Source: an uncultured Parachlamydiaceae bacterium (GTDB lineage: Bacteria > Chlamydiota > Chlamydiia > Chlamydiales > Parachlamydiaceae). Taken from it: a DNA stretch of 64,000 bases. The DNA lies in the NCBI GenBank assembly GCA_963833865.1, contig CAWHZN010000012.1, positions 6,241 to 70,240 of the forward strand, given 5' to 3'. Shown one piece after another: positions 1 through 11,447 of this stretch. The position numbers were made by a program, and so were the translations under genes. The notes beneath the pieces are model-generated. The model did no database searches. It had not been told where the DNA came from and worked only from the letters and a program-made list of their open reading frames with translations. Numbering within the stretch: the stretch's first letter is position 1; every line of letters begins with the position of its first letter.

Positions 1-478
1 TTCTGATTTCTTCACCTTAAATGATCTTGGGTGTGGGTATGGTGGGTTACATGATTATCTAAAAACTCAATATAACAAATTCTCTTACACAGGTATTGAT
101 GTTTCTGAAGAAATGATTTTGGCTGCCCAAAAACGAGAACATTTAAACGACGCAAAATATCTCATTGGTTCTGAACCTAAAGAAATTGCCGATTATGGAA
201 TTGCTAGTGGTATCTTTAATGTTAAGTTTGAACGGGATGAGATTGAATGGTTTAATTATTTTGAAGCAACGTTGGATATTCTTGATCGCACCAGTCGACG
301 AGGATTTTCCTTCAACTGTCTGACATCCTATTCGGATTCGGATAAGATGCGCAATAATCTTTATTATGCTGACCCTTGTAAAGTGTTTGATTATTGTAAG
401 AAAAGATATTCTCGACAGGTTGCTTTGTTACATGATTACAATTTGTTCGAATTTACAATTTTAGTGAGGAAAAAATGA
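1..478 (+). CDS. Class I SAM-dependent methyltransferase, 5'-truncated by window edge
   Basis: Frame is open from position 2 and reads LNDLGCGYGG (SAM motif I), then YTGIDVSEEMI and ASGIFN; lies in a polysaccharide locus. Confidence 0.75.
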   Translation, partial: SDFFTLNDLGCGYGGLHDYLKTQYNKFSYTGIDVSEEMILAAQKREHLNDAKYLIGSEPKEIADYGIASGIFNVKFERDEIEWFNYFEATLDILDRTSRRGFSFNCLTSYSDSDKMRNNLYYADPCKVFDYCKKRYSRQVALLHDYNLFEFTILVRKK

Positions 479-1140
479 AAAAACCATTGGTTATCTTCGG
501 ATTTGGCGACATAGCCCAACTGGCACACTTCTATTTTAGCAGGGAGTCAGACTATGAAGTTGTGGCCTTTACTGTTGATTCAGACTATCTAACTGACCAG
601 ACATTTTGTGGTCTTCCCGTTATTCCTTTTGAAGAAATTACGAAGAACTACCCTCCAGAACAGTATGAGCTTTTTATTGCACTGAGTTACTCCAAACTCA
701 ATACAGTGCGCAAAGAAAAATATTTGTCAGCCAAAGCCATGGGATACAGACTGGCCAGCTTTATTAGTCCTCGAGCTACGGTACTGAATGATGGTCGTAT
801 TGGTGACAATTGTTTTATTTTTGAGGATAACACCATTCAACCATTTGTTACCATTGGAAATAATATTACCATATGGAGCGGCAATCACATTGGGCACCAC
901 TCAGTAATACGTGATCATGCATTTATTTCTTCGCATGTTGTCATTTCCGGTGGAGTGGAAATTGGTGAACAGAGTTTTATAGGTGTTAATGCGACATTAC
1001 GTGATCATATCACGATTGGTGAAAAATGCGTGGTTGGGGCAGGTGTTTTATTGCTTGCTAATGCAGAGCCAGAAGGCCTCTATATTGGGAGCGCCACAGA
1101 ACGCTCAGAACTACCAAGTACGAGGTTGAGAAAGATATGA
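475..1140 (+). CDS. Hexapeptide-repeat sugar acetyltransferase (NeuD/PglD-like)
   Basis: N-terminal IFGFGDIA Rossmann-like motif followed by left-handed beta-helix hexapeptides (IGDNCFI, IGNNITI, IGHHSVI, IGEQSFIG). Confidence 0.85.
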   Translation: MKKPLVIFGFGDIAQLAHFYFSRESDYEVVAFTVDSDYLTDQTFCGLPVIPFEEITKNYPPEQYELFIALSYSKLNTVRKEKYLSAKAMGYRLASFISPRATVLNDGRIGDNCFIFEDNTIQPFVTIGNNITIWSGNHIGHHSVIRDHAFISSHVVISGGVEIGEQSFIGVNATLRDHITIGEKCVVGAGVLLLANAEPEGLYIGSATERSELPSTRLRKI

Positions 1141-2063
1141 GTCCTAAATTGAAATGGAGAAAACTTGGTCTCATTTTTAGTCCATTGGGTGAGATGGACT
1201 GGATGCACTCACATGCCTCTTACCCTGTGGCTGAGCATTTAGGTAGCGATATGTTCCGAATTTATTTTAGCAGTCGTGACAAGAACAATCATTCTAGTGT
1301 AGGTTTTGTGGATATTGATATATACCTGCCAGGAAAGATTATTAATATATCAAAAGAACCAGTTTTGTCTCCTGGTGAATTAGGTGCTTTCGACAATGAT
1401 GGAGTTACAATATCTTGCATACTTCACTTCCTCGAGAAAAGATATCTTTATTACCTTGGGTGGAACTTATGTAAAACTGTACCTTTCTGTAACACGATAG
1501 GTCTTGCAATAAGTAATGCTCCAGAGTCATCTTTTGTACGTTATTCCAATGCTCCTATCTTGGGAAGGGACACTTCTGACCCATTTACTATTTCATATCC
1601 ATGGGTAATCTATGAAGAGAACAAGTGGAAAATGTGGTATGGAAGTCATTTGAAATGGGGAGACTCTGAAAGCAGAGATATTTTTGAGCATGTTATTAAA
1701 TATGCTGAGTCGGAAGATGGTATTAGGTGGAAAAAACACGACTTAATTTCATTATACTTTGATGAATCAAATGGAGAATACGCTATTTCCAAACCGTGTG
1801 TCATAAAAGAAGGTAATTTGTATAAAATGTGGTATTCATTTAGAGGAAATGAGTATAGAATCGGTTATGCTGAATCAAGAGACGGAATAAAGTGGGTTAG
1901 AAAAGATTCTGAAGTTGGAATTGATGTTTCAGATAGTGGTTGGGACTCGGAAAGTATCGAATACCCTTTCGTCTTTGACCATAAGGGTCAGCAGTACATG
2001 CTTTATAATGGCAACGGTTATGGCAAAACAGGCTTTGGCCTAGCAATATTGGAACATATTTAA
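1137..2063 (+). CDS. Five-bladed beta-propeller glycoside hydrolase-like protein (GH32/43/130 clan-like)
   Basis: Repeated blades of the type P.V...KMWY...I.YAES.DGI.W; typical of polysaccharide loci. Confidence 0.65.
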   Translation: MSPKLKWRKLGLIFSPLGEMDWMHSHASYPVAEHLGSDMFRIYFSSRDKNNHSSVGFVDIDIYLPGKIINISKEPVLSPGELGAFDNDGVTISCILHFLEKRYLYYLGWNLCKTVPFCNTIGLAISNAPESSFVRYSNAPILGRDTSDPFTISYPWVIYEENKWKMWYGSHLKWGDSESRDIFEHVIKYAESEDGIRWKKHDLISLYFDESNGEYAISKPCVIKEGNLYKMWYSFRGNEYRIGYAESRDGIKWVRKDSEVGIDVSDSGWDSESIEYPFVFDHKGQQYMLYNGNGYGKTGFGLAILEHI

Positions 2064-2437
2064 TGGCACGCGTTTATGACTATGCTTATCTTTTAGCAAC
2101 GATAGTCTTTACGGTTTATGGACAGATAATCCTCAAGTGGCGTATCCAGAAATTTGCTCCTCTTCCTACTGACACAGTTGAAAAGTTCACCTATCTTCTT
2201 TCGCTTTTTTTGGACCCAATAATCTTTTCTGGCATTTTTGCTGCATTTTTAGCTTCACTTGCTTGGATGGCTGCAATAACTAAATTCGAATTAAGTCATG
2301 CTTACCCGTTTATGGCTTTGAATTTTGTGATCGTACTGCTTTTAAGTGGATGGCTTTTGAGTGAGGAGATGACGCTCTTAAAAGTGGTGGGTACGGTGTT
2401 GATTCTGCTCGGGACTGTTTTGGCAACCCGTGGTTAG
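2063..2437 (+). CDS. Small 4-TM EamA/SMR-family protein (ArnE/ArnF-like lipid-linked sugar flippase subunit)
   Basis: 124 aa, four hydrophobic helices, GQIILKW and ELSHAYPF motifs. Confidence 0.7.
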   Translation: MARVYDYAYLLATIVFTVYGQIILKWRIQKFAPLPTDTVEKFTYLLSLFLDPIIFSGIFAAFLASLAWMAAITKFELSHAYPFMALNFVIVLLLSGWLLSEEMTLLKVVGTVLILLGTVLATRG

Positions 2438-2456
2438 TAATACCTCTTATTGAAGG

Positions 2457-4733
2457 TTAAATCTTTCTTTGTAAAAATTTGAACACAAGGAATATTAGTA
2501 AAAGGAACCAAAAAATATGTCCTACCCAAGCATAACTCACAAATTGTTTAAACTGTAGTCGAACCTGATACGTATTCTTAGGGAGTGATATCCCCTGAAA
2601 GATACCATTAACTATTATAGTTTTTGCGGCTATCCAGCCTGTCTTTAAGCGCACTTCTGCCCTCCAATCGGGGTGAAATTTTTGGCTTAAAATAAGAACA
2701 GATGGTATCCCTGGGGTTACATTAAATTCTAGTAAATCACCTTGGTCTAACTCTTTGGAGGAAGAGTATTTTTGCAACGACTGAATATCAGTTACTTCGA
2801 AATCTTCTGAATCCATATTATGTGTCTGTAAAGGAATAACCTGAAGATTGTCGCCCATACGGGATATTACCTTGTAAAAATGGAAACCAGATTCTTCTCC
2901 AATGTACTCAAGATTTCTATTGTATATTTCATTTTGTGATAATATTAATCCAATATTACTTACAAAAAACAATGAACTATTATAGTCCGGTGAAATAAAA
3001 ATATTATGGCGACCATAAGTTAATACATTGCCTCCCAAGGCATTGATTAAACTATGATAACGTCGTGAAGAGAGACTGTTATAAGTATGAATAGAATTAA
3101 GCCCAAACATTACATTCAGGTTAGGGGGTAATATTGACGAGTTATTATTAATTATAGCATAGCGTGAATTTTTAGGAAGATTAACTTGCATTTTTTCCAA
3201 TAAGGGCGATGTCACCGCAATTTGATCCAGTTTTTGACGAAGAATTAAAGGGTGAGAAATTGTTGCCAGCACTATTAATTGGGCTCCAATTAATAATAGG
3301 GGACGGGTTTTCCTATATTGCGCTATAAAGCAAGCTGCTATAATCAACATAAACAGCACCATACCCCAATGGATTAGCTTATCGTAAATTAAGCAAACAA
3401 CCAACCCAATTACAATGACTGCCATAACCCCGGCGACCGCAACCAGCAAAACTCGTGAAAGCTCATGATGAGCCGAACGCTTTGCAAGTGCATCAACTCC
3501 ATAAGCAGTGGTAATTGTGATTGGTATCATCATTATGCCTAAGGGTATACAGGGAGACAAATGCAGGCCAAAATATTTAACTGCTATTAGATGGAGGTTT
3601 GGAAAACAAGTAAGCATCAGCAATATTATAAGGGCTATCCACCACCCCCAGGTTCTCTTGATGAGGAAAACAATGCAACTAGTGAAAAAAACAAGATCAG
3701 TGGAGTCGTACAGATACCATCAAATTTGAACGGGTAATTTGGGTTAATGGGGTTTCCAAATACTTGTGGAAATGTGCCTGACGTAAAAAAACGAAGAGCG
3801 TCTTTCGCTGTGTAGATTTTAGGCATCATCTCTGTGAAGAATGAGGGGTCAGTGGCCGTGCGTAACGACTCCTTAAAAGTATGTATCATATCAATATATA
3901 TGGGTATTGCAAGAGCTGCGCCGATAATTAATGCACTTGTTGAAAATGTCAAAAAACGAGTTACTTTATCCCATCCAGATTGCTGTTTCTTATAAACTAT
4001 ATAGAACCCATATCCTGCAAAAAGATAAGCAAGAAGTATAACAACTTGAGGGTAGGCGGTTATTAACAAGCTGTATGTACTGAATGCTAGGATGCTCCAA
4101 CCTAAACAATCAGTTTTTTTAGTTATTCGGTATCCCCCACAATATACCCGCTGACCAACAAAAAGCGGCTAAAAACATAGGAAAAGTTAGCCAGTACATT
4201 AATAACGGGGAAGTTGCCAAGCTCGTTCCAGCAATCAGGCCTGCAATTGGACTGAACTCCTTCTCCCTGCAAAACAAAATAATAAAAAATCCTGCAAAAA
4301 AGCAATGGAGCAAACATAGTACCGTGTAAAATTTCCATGGCTCATTTGTAAACTTAGCCATTATCCATGAAGGAAAATAGGCAGGGCTGAATCCTGCTGA
4401 ATGATAAATTGGACGACCCAATTCATTAGAATTTGTCCAAAGGGATAACCAACCAGAACGGGCGTTCTTTAGGTTTTGAGTGATTTCAGGGATAAAGAAA
4501 TGGTTAGCATCACTAAATTTTGTGTTCTCTTGAAGTTTGGATCCCTTATTAATATCCACAGCTCTGATCTCATTGTATTGTCGATGTGGTGCAACTACGT
4601 CTCCTAGAAAAAAAGGACACATGAGACTTAAAAACAATAGACAATAAGAAAGAATTGCCATTTTGTAACTTAAGAAAAATGTTCTATTTACAATAAAATC
4701 TATAAAGAAGTTATGTGAGAACCTATACTTCAT
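2457..4733 (-). CDS. Multi-TM YfhO-like / GT-C-like membrane protein, split into three ORFs by frameshifts
   Basis: ORFs 4119-4733, 3635-4069 and 2457-3623 are collinear; N-terminal 'LWTNSNELGRP' region and C-terminal 'SQKFHPDWRA...VNGIFQGI' resemble YfhO-family proteins. Confidence 0.55.
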
Positions 4734-4890
4734 TTAGAGTTTCTTCCGTGGTTATTCTCTTTTTTATTTGCATATCCGGACTATGCTTTAAAGTTGGATA
4801 ATTTTCAATAGTTTTCCTCCACAACCGCATTCCCAACTTGACAAAATGGCCATAGTCAAGTATTGAATTCAAGGGGAGTTAACTTTAGAT

Positions 4891-5826
4891 TTGATTAAGA
4901 ATAATAAACAATCACCTCTCGTGGCTGTAATTCTATGTACATACCAGGGACAGATTTTTGGCAGAACAGTTGGATTCTATTTTGGCACAGGATCATAAGA
5001 ATATTCATGTGTGGGCGTCGGATGATGCTTCAAGTGATAAAACTAAGTCTATATTGGAGAATTACCAGTCTCTTTGGGGAAAGGATCGCTTTTTCATTTA
5101 CACAGGACCAAGAAAAGGGTTTGCTGCTAATTTTTTATCTTTGATTTGTCGCAAGGATATTCATGCAGATTTTTTTGCTTATTCAGATCAAGATGATATC
5201 TGGAAGTCCGACAAGCTTTCTCGTGCTGTAGAATGGCTTGAGGGTGTTTCAAAAGAGGTTCCGGCACTGTATTGCTCTAGGACGCAAATTGTTGATGAGT
5301 TTGGAGGTGACCTCGCTGTTTCTCCTTCGTTTAATAGACCCTCAAGTTTTGCAAATGCTCTTGTTCAGAATATTGCGAGCGGAAATACGATGGTTATGAA
5401 CAAGGCGGCTTTTGATCTCCTGCGCGGTATAGGTGAAGTAAAAGTTGCAAGTCATGATTGGTGGTCCTATATTGTTGTTTCAGGGCTGGGGGTTATGTCC
5501 TTTATGATCTCTATCCAACTGTAAAATATCGCCAACATGATAAGAATTTAATTGGTTTTTTTGTTGGCTATTTACAAATATTTAGCAGATTCCGTTTTTT
5601 TATAAATGGTCGCTTCAAAGCTTTGAATGATATGAATATGAGGGCTCTTCAACAAATTCGTGATAAATTAACTCCCAGCAACCAGCTGATTTTTGATACG
5701 TTCAGTCAAGCACGCAACGGTGGGTTGTTGAAAAGACTTCTGGGTGTTTGGAAATCGGGTGTTTATCGTCAAACACTTCTGGAGAATTTTGGGCTAATTT
5801 TTGCAGCAGTATTTAGGAAGCTATAG
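4891..5826 (+). CDS. GT2 glycosyltransferase (rhamnosyltransferase-like), two frameshifts
   Basis: VAVILCTYQG then LAEQLDSIL...SDDASSD...YSDQDDIW, SHDWW and YRQHDKN across ORFs 4958-5524 and 5458-5826; shifts lie at homopolymers near 4955 and 5490. Confidence 0.8.
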
Positions 5827-5830
5827 AAAA

Positions 5831-6889
5831 ATGACAATACTTGTTACAGGTGGTGCGGGATTTATTGGTTCAAATTTCGTTTTAGATTGGTTAAAACAGA
5901 GCTCTGAGCCCATAATAAACCTTGATAAACTCACTTATGCTGGTAATCTGGAAAACCTAGCAACCCTCGAAAATGATGATCGCCATATCTTTGTTCACGG
6001 GGATATCGTTGATGGGGATACGCTCACGCAGCTTCTTTCCAAATACCAACCGCGTGCTGTCCTGAACTTCGCAGCGGAGTCCCATGTTGATAGGTCTATT
6101 CATGGACCTGAGGATTTCATTCAAACAAATATTGTTGGCACCTTCCGCCTTTTGGAAGCCGTGCGCCACCATTGGGGTAAATTACCGGAAGCCGAAAGAA
6201 AGACTTTTCGATTTCTTCATGTTTCGACTGATGAAGTTTATGGTTCCCTAAAGTTAGATGAGCCGGCATTTACAGAAACAAATCAGTACAAGCCAAACAG
6301 TCCTTATAGCGCGAGTAAGGCCGCCTCAGACCAGATTGTGCGTTCCTACCACAAAACATACAATCTGCCTGTATTGACAACGAACTGCTCCAATAATTAT
6401 GGTCCCTTCCAGTTTCCTGAAAAATTAATTCCACTCCTCATTCACAATGCTGTATCTGGTAAAAAATTGCCTATATATGGAGACGGCAAAAATATTCGAG
6501 ATTGGCTTTATGTTTCTGATCATTGTACAGCTATTCGACAGGTTTTGAATGAAGGTCAAATTGGACATACTTATAACGTTGGTGGAAAGAACGAAAAAAC
6601 GAATCTCGAGGTTGTGCAATCACTTTGCACTATTTTGGATGAAGTACGTCCTCGAGCAGATGGTATTTCTTACGCAACGCAGATTGCTTTTGTGGAGGAT
6701 CGCGCAGGTCATGATAGGCGTTATGCCGTTGACATTAATAAGATAGGAAATGAGCTGGGTTGGACACCATCTGAATCTTTCGAGACGGGTATTCGACGGA
6801 CCGTATCTTGGTATCTAGAAAACGACAACTGGATCCAAAATATAACAAATGGAACCTACAGAGATTGGATTGAAAGGCATTATAAATGA
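5831..6889 (+). CDS. rfbB: dTDP-glucose 4,6-dehydratase
   Basis: ILVTGGAGFIGSNF, AAESHVDRSI, HVSTDEVYG, YSASKA, DRAGHDRRYA. Confidence 0.97.
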   Translation: MTILVTGGAGFIGSNFVLDWLKQSSEPIINLDKLTYAGNLENLATLENDDRHIFVHGDIVDGDTLTQLLSKYQPRAVLNFAAESHVDRSIHGPEDFIQTNIVGTFRLLEAVRHHWGKLPEAERKTFRFLHVSTDEVYGSLKLDEPAFTETNQYKPNSPYSASKAASDQIVRSYHKTYNLPVLTTNCSNNYGPFQFPEKLIPLLIHNAVSGKKLPIYGDGKNIRDWLYVSDHCTAIRQVLNEGQIGHTYNVGGKNEKTNLEVVQSLCTILDEVRPRADGISYATQIAFVEDRAGHDRRYAVDINKIGNELGWTPSESFETGIRRTVSWYLENDNWIQNITNGTYRDWIERHYK

Positions 6890-7793
6890 AGATCCTTCTT
6901 TTAGGGGCAAATGGCCAGGTCGGTTGGGAGCTCCAACGGTCGCTCTCTCCTCTGGGAGAGCTTGTTTCCTGTTATCGAGAAACCGCGGATTTTGAGAACA
7001 AAGATACTCTTGCAAGGATCGTTCGTGAGAGTGCACCAACTGTTATTGTCAATGCAGCTGCCTACACAGCGGTAGACGCAGCGGAGTCTAATCCAGAGAA
7101 GGCATATCGCATCAATACGGAAGCTGTTGATCTCTTGGCGCAAGAGGCTAAACGTATCGGGGCTTTGCTGGTTCATTATTCTACGGACTATGTCTATGAT
7201 GGTGATAAGCCAGGCGCCTATATAGAAACGGACAAGACAAACCCCATCAGTGTTTACGGTAAAACGAAGTTAGGGGGAGAAGAGGCGATCCTTGCGAGCA
7301 ACTGCCGTTACCTTAATTTTCGGACCAGTTGGGTCTACGCTTCAAGAGGAAACAACTTTGTCAAAACAATCTTAGGCTTGCCAAAGAACGGGATGAACTC
7401 AAGATTGTGGCGGATCAAGCGGGCGCACCAACCTGTGCAGAACTTCTTGCGGATGTAACGGCATTTATACTGCTTCAAATAAGGACAAACGAAAGTTTGG
7501 CTGAACAGGCCTTTGGGACTTATCATCTGGTCCCCAAGGGTGAGACAACTTGGCATCAATACGCTCAGTTCGTTGTAAAGAAAGCGATTGAGAAAGGTTG
7601 TAAACTTAAAACAACACCAGATCAGATTCTGCCCATAGCTACTGAAGATTATCCGTTGCCGGCTAAACGCCCTAAGAACTCACGTTTAGATTCCAGCAAA
7701 CTCAAAAAAACATTTAATCTGACGCTGCCACCCTGGGAATACCACCTTGACCGTGTTATAGAAGAACTTTTGTTGGCGGAGGAAAAGAAATGA
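6886..7793 (+). CDS. rfbD: dTDP-4-dehydrorhamnose reductase, one frameshift near 7375
   Basis: [24 protein letters not shown] and YGKTK in ORF 6886-7458; VADQAGAPT...[10 protein letters not shown] in ORF 7329-7793. Confidence 0.93.
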
Positions 7794-8674
7794 ACCGTAA
7801 AGGCATTATTCTGGCTGGTGGAGCTGGAACTCGATTGCATCCAGCAACCCTTGTTGTTTCCAAGCAATTGCTTCCGGTATTTGATAAGCCAATGATATAT
7901 TACCCCTTGTCAATTTTGATGCTGACAGGAATTAGGGATATTTTGATTATTTCCTGTCCTCGGGATACACCAAGATTTGAAGAACTTTTAGGGGACGGCT
8001 CTCAGTGGGGGATCAACTTAAGTTATGCTGTCCAGCCCTCGCCGGATGGATTGGCGCAAGCCTTTATTATTGGGGAATCCTTTATTGGCAATGCACCCTC
8101 AGCGCTTATTCTGGGTGACAATATTTTCTACGGACATGATCTTCAAGAGTTGTGCGATTCGGCAAATTCTCGTAAAGAGGGGGCGACTGTTTTTGCCTAT
8201 ACTGTCCAAGACCCAGAACGGTATGGCGTGGTTGAGTTTAATAAACATAAAAAAGTAGTAAGTGTAGAGGAAAAACCAAAACAGCCTAAGTCCAATTATG
8301 CCATAACAGGGCTTTACTTTTATGACGAAAATGTTGTTTCCTATGCCAAACAACTGTCGCCATCACCGCGCGGTGAGCTAGAAATAACAGATCTTAACCG
8401 GGTGTATCTTGAGAAAGATGCGTTATCCGTAGAAATTATGGGTCGCGGCTATGCCTGGCTTGATACGGGAACCCATGAAAGCCTCATTGAGGCGTCCCAA
8501 TTTGTGCAAACCATTGAACATCGTCAGGGCTTAAAAATTGCTTGCCCTGAGGAAATTTCATATCGAAAGAACTGGATAGACTCAGCTCAACTGCGAACTC
8601 TTGCACAAACATACCCAAAGAATGGTTATGGAAAATATCTCATGAGAGTTTTAAATGACGAGGTAATATCATGA
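7790..8674 (+). CDS. rfbA: Glucose-1-phosphate thymidylyltransferase
   Basis: [52 protein letters not shown]. Confidence 0.98.
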   Translation: MNRKGIILAGGAGTRLHPATLVVSKQLLPVFDKPMIYYPLSILMLTGIRDILIISCPRDTPRFEELLGDGSQWGINLSYAVQPSPDGLAQAFIIGESFIGNAPSALILGDNIFYGHDLQELCDSANSRKEGATVFAYTVQDPERYGVVEFNKHKKVVSVEEKPKQPKSNYAITGLYFYDENVVSYAKQLSPSPRGELEITDLNRVYLEKDALSVEIMGRGYAWLDTGTHESLIEASQFVQTIEHRQGLKIACPEEISYRKNWIDSAQLRTLAQTYPKNGYGKYLMRVLNDEVIS

Positions 8675-9218
8675 AAACGACGCGGTACGAAGTACCAGAT
8701 ATCATCCTTTTTGAGCCAAAGATTTTTAGAGATGACCGTGGTTATTTCTTTGAGAGCTTTAATCAGAAAGTTTTTGAGGGGGAAACGGGCCTTCATGTGA
8801 ACTTTGTGCAAGACAATCATTCCCAGTCTACAAAGAATGTCCTCAGGGGGCTGCATTACCAGCTACCGACTATGGCTCAGGGGAAATTAATCAGGGTTAT
8901 ACAAGGTGAAATTTTTGACGTAGCTGTCGATATAAGAAAAGCTCGCCTACTTTTGGTAAATGGGTTGGCGAGGTTCTCTCCTCAGAGAATAAAAAGCAAC
9001 TCTGGATTCCGGAAGGGTTTGCCCATGGATTTCTGACACTTTCTGATACGGCTGAGGTCATCTATAAAGCAACGAACTTCTATTCGCCGGAACATGAGCG
9101 TTGTATTATTTGGAGCGACTTAGACATTGGAGTTTCATGGTCCATTACAGAATCACCTAACCTTGCTCCAAAAGATGCTCAAGGTGTGAATTTTCAAGAT
9201 GCGGAGATTTTTTCATGA
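8671..9218 (+). CDS. rfbC: dTDP-4-dehydrorhamnose 3,5-epimerase, frameshift at the A-run near 8940
   Basis: [33 protein letters not shown]; continues in another frame ([12 protein letters not shown]) to TGA at 9216-9218. Confidence 0.93.
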
Positions 9219-10045
9219 ATCCGCACTCAGAACGGCCTATCTCATTTTTTGCTTTGATCACCAGCTTATGGACAAATAAGCGTTTGATCTTGCAAATGAG
9301 CCAACGGGAAGTTCTTGGAAGATATAAAGGGTCAGTTATTGGTATAGGATGGTCACTTCTTAACCCAATTATAATGTTAATTATATATACATTCGTATTT
9401 TCAGTTGTCTTTAAAGCACGTTGGGGCGGCGGATTAGAAGAAGGGAAAATTCATTTTGCGATCATCTTGTTTGTTGGTTTGATTGTCCATGGGATTTTCG
9501 CAGAGGTCCTTAATCGTTCGCCTAGCCTCATTTTGAGTAACGCTAATTATGTTAAAAAAATTGTATTTCCGCTAGAGATTCTTCCGGTTATTGCCTTGTG
9601 TTCTGCCTTGTTTCATTGCTTTGTAAGTATTTTAGTCCTCCTTTGTGTCTATCTGCTTCTGAATGGATTCCTTTGTTGGACTGTTTTGTTGCTTCCTCTC
9701 GTCTTTTTACCCCTTATTATTCTCATAATGGGGTTGTCATGGATTCTGTCCTCAATCGGTTTATTTGTTCGGGATATGGGTCAAACCATTGGGATTATAA
9801 CAACAGTCATGTTATTTTTGTCTCCAGTATTTTATCCCATTAGTGCAATACCTGAAAGCTATCGGACAGTTCTATTGATAAATCCTTTAACTTTTATTAT
9901 TGAGCAAGCGAGAGAAATTATCATTTGGGGAAATCTGCCCAATTGGCGAGGGCTTCTCGTTTATACCTTGGTTTCATCATTTGTCTTGTGGCTAGGATTC
10001 ATGTGGTTTCAGAAGACGCGGAAGGGGTTTGCGGATGTCATCTGA
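9215..10045 (+). CDS. wzm: O-antigen/polysaccharide ABC transporter permease
   Basis: RYKGSVIGIGWSLLNP, NYVKKIVFP, FLSPVFYP, C-terminal KGFADVI. Confidence 0.93.
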   Translation: MNPHSERPISFFALITSLWTNKRLILQMSQREVLGRYKGSVIGIGWSLLNPIIMLIIYTFVFSVVFKARWGGGLEEGKIHFAIILFVGLIVHGIFAEVLNRSPSLILSNANYVKKIVFPLEILPVIALCSALFHCFVSILVLLCVYLLLNGFLCWTVLLLPLVFLPLIILIMGLSWILSSIGLFVRDMGQTIGIITTVMLFLSPVFYPISAIPESYRTVLLINPLTFIIEQAREIIIWGNLPNWRGLLVYTLVSSFVLWLGFMWFQKTRKGFADVI

Positions 10046-11447
10046 AATTGCCATTGATGTCCAAAATTTAGGTAAGTGCTTCGAAGTTTATGACAAGCCA
10101 AAAAATAGACTTAAGCAGTTTATTCTTCCAAGAGTCCAACAGCTTTTGGGAATAAAACAACAACGGTACTTTCGAGAATTCTGGGGATTAAAAAATGTTT
10201 CCTTTCAAATAAAGAAAGGTGAAACCGTTGGTGTTATTGGCCGTAATGGGGCAGGAAAATCGACACTTCTCCAAATGATTTGTGGAACCCTCACACCAAC
10301 AACGGGGGAAATTCAAGTCAATGGACGTGTTGCAGCCTTGTTAGAGCTTGGATCTGGGTTTAATCCTGAGTTTACGGGCCGGGAAAATGTTTTTTTGTGT
10401 GGAGCTGTTTTAGGTCTTACCAGAAATGAGCTAGAAACCCAATTGAATGATATTATTAAATTTGCCGACATAGGTGATTTCTTTGATCAGCCTGTCAAAA
10501 CTTATTCAAGTGGCATGTATGTACGACTTGCTTTTGCGGTGGTTGCACATGTTAATGCTGATATTTTAGTCATTGATGAAGCTCTTTCCGTCGGAGATGT
10601 TTTCTTTACGCAAAAATGTATGAGGTTTCTTCGTGAGTTTGCCCAAAGAGGAACCCTCCTATTCGTGAGTCATGATATAGGCTCAATACTTGGGTTATGT
10701 GATAGGGCATTGTGGCTGCAAAATGGACATCTTCATAGAATCGGTTTACCAAAGGAGTTAGCGGCTGAATATCTCGAAGCACTTTATGATGATTCGCTAG
10801 AGCCTAAAATCAAAAAAGAAAGCACAAGTGAAATTGAGGCTGAATGTCAGATCACTTTAGACCATGCTGTAACTTCTCCAAAATCACGTTTGAGAGATAT
10901 GAGACAAGAGTTTGTAAATCAAACACCTCTTCGTAATGATATTGAGTTGTTTGAGTTTCAACCAGATGCTCTCAGTTTTGGTGAAGGAGGAGCAAAAATC
11001 AAATCGATTTGGCTTGAGGACACTTCCGGGGATAGACTGACATGGGTTGTTGGCGGGGAAGATGTTGCTATGGTTATTGAGTGCGAAATTCTGGATGATT
11101 TATCTTTTCCGATCGTGGGATTTTATGTTAAAGACTATCTTGGACAGTCTTTATTTGGGGACAACACTTATCTTACATATGTGGACAAACCAATTAGTAT
11201 CCAAAAGGGTAAGTATTTGAGGGCCAAATTTTTGTTTAGAATGCCAATATTGCCCAAAGGTGATTACTCAGTTTCAGCTGCAATAGCTGAAGGAACCCAA
11301 TCAACCCACACTCAGCATCATTGGGCCCATGATGTGCTGGCCTTTCATGCCCATTCAACGAGTGTTTCTACAGGATTAATAGGTATCCCAATGAGTCAAA
11401 TTACACTCCAGGGGATTGAGGAAAAGGTATTAAAAAATCATGAGTGA
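10035..11447 (+). CDS. wzt: Polysaccharide ABC transporter ATPase with C-terminal carbohydrate-binding extension
   Basis: GRNGAGKST, YSSGMYVRLAF, LVIDEAL, plus about 200 aa of Wzt_C-type tail. Confidence 0.93.
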   Translation: MSSEIAIDVQNLGKCFEVYDKPKNRLKQFILPRVQQLLGIKQQRYFREFWGLKNVSFQIKKGETVGVIGRNGAGKSTLLQMICGTLTPTTGEIQVNGRVAALLELGSGFNPEFTGRENVFLCGAVLGLTRNELETQLNDIIKFADIGDFFDQPVKTYSSGMYVRLAFAVVAHVNADILVIDEALSVGDVFFTQKCMRFLREFAQRGTLLFVSHDIGSILGLCDRALWLQNGHLHRIGLPKELAAEYLEALYDDSLEPKIKKESTSEIEAECQITLDHAVTSPKSRLRDMRQEFVNQTPLRNDIELFEFQPDALSFGEGGAKIKSIWLEDTSGDRLTWVVGGEDVAMVIECEILDDLSFPIVGFYVKDYLGQSLFGDNTYLTYVDKPISIQKGKYLRAKFLFRMPILPKGDYSVSAAIAEGTQSTHTQHHWAHDVLAFHAHSTSVSTGLIGIPMSQITLQGIEEKVLKNHE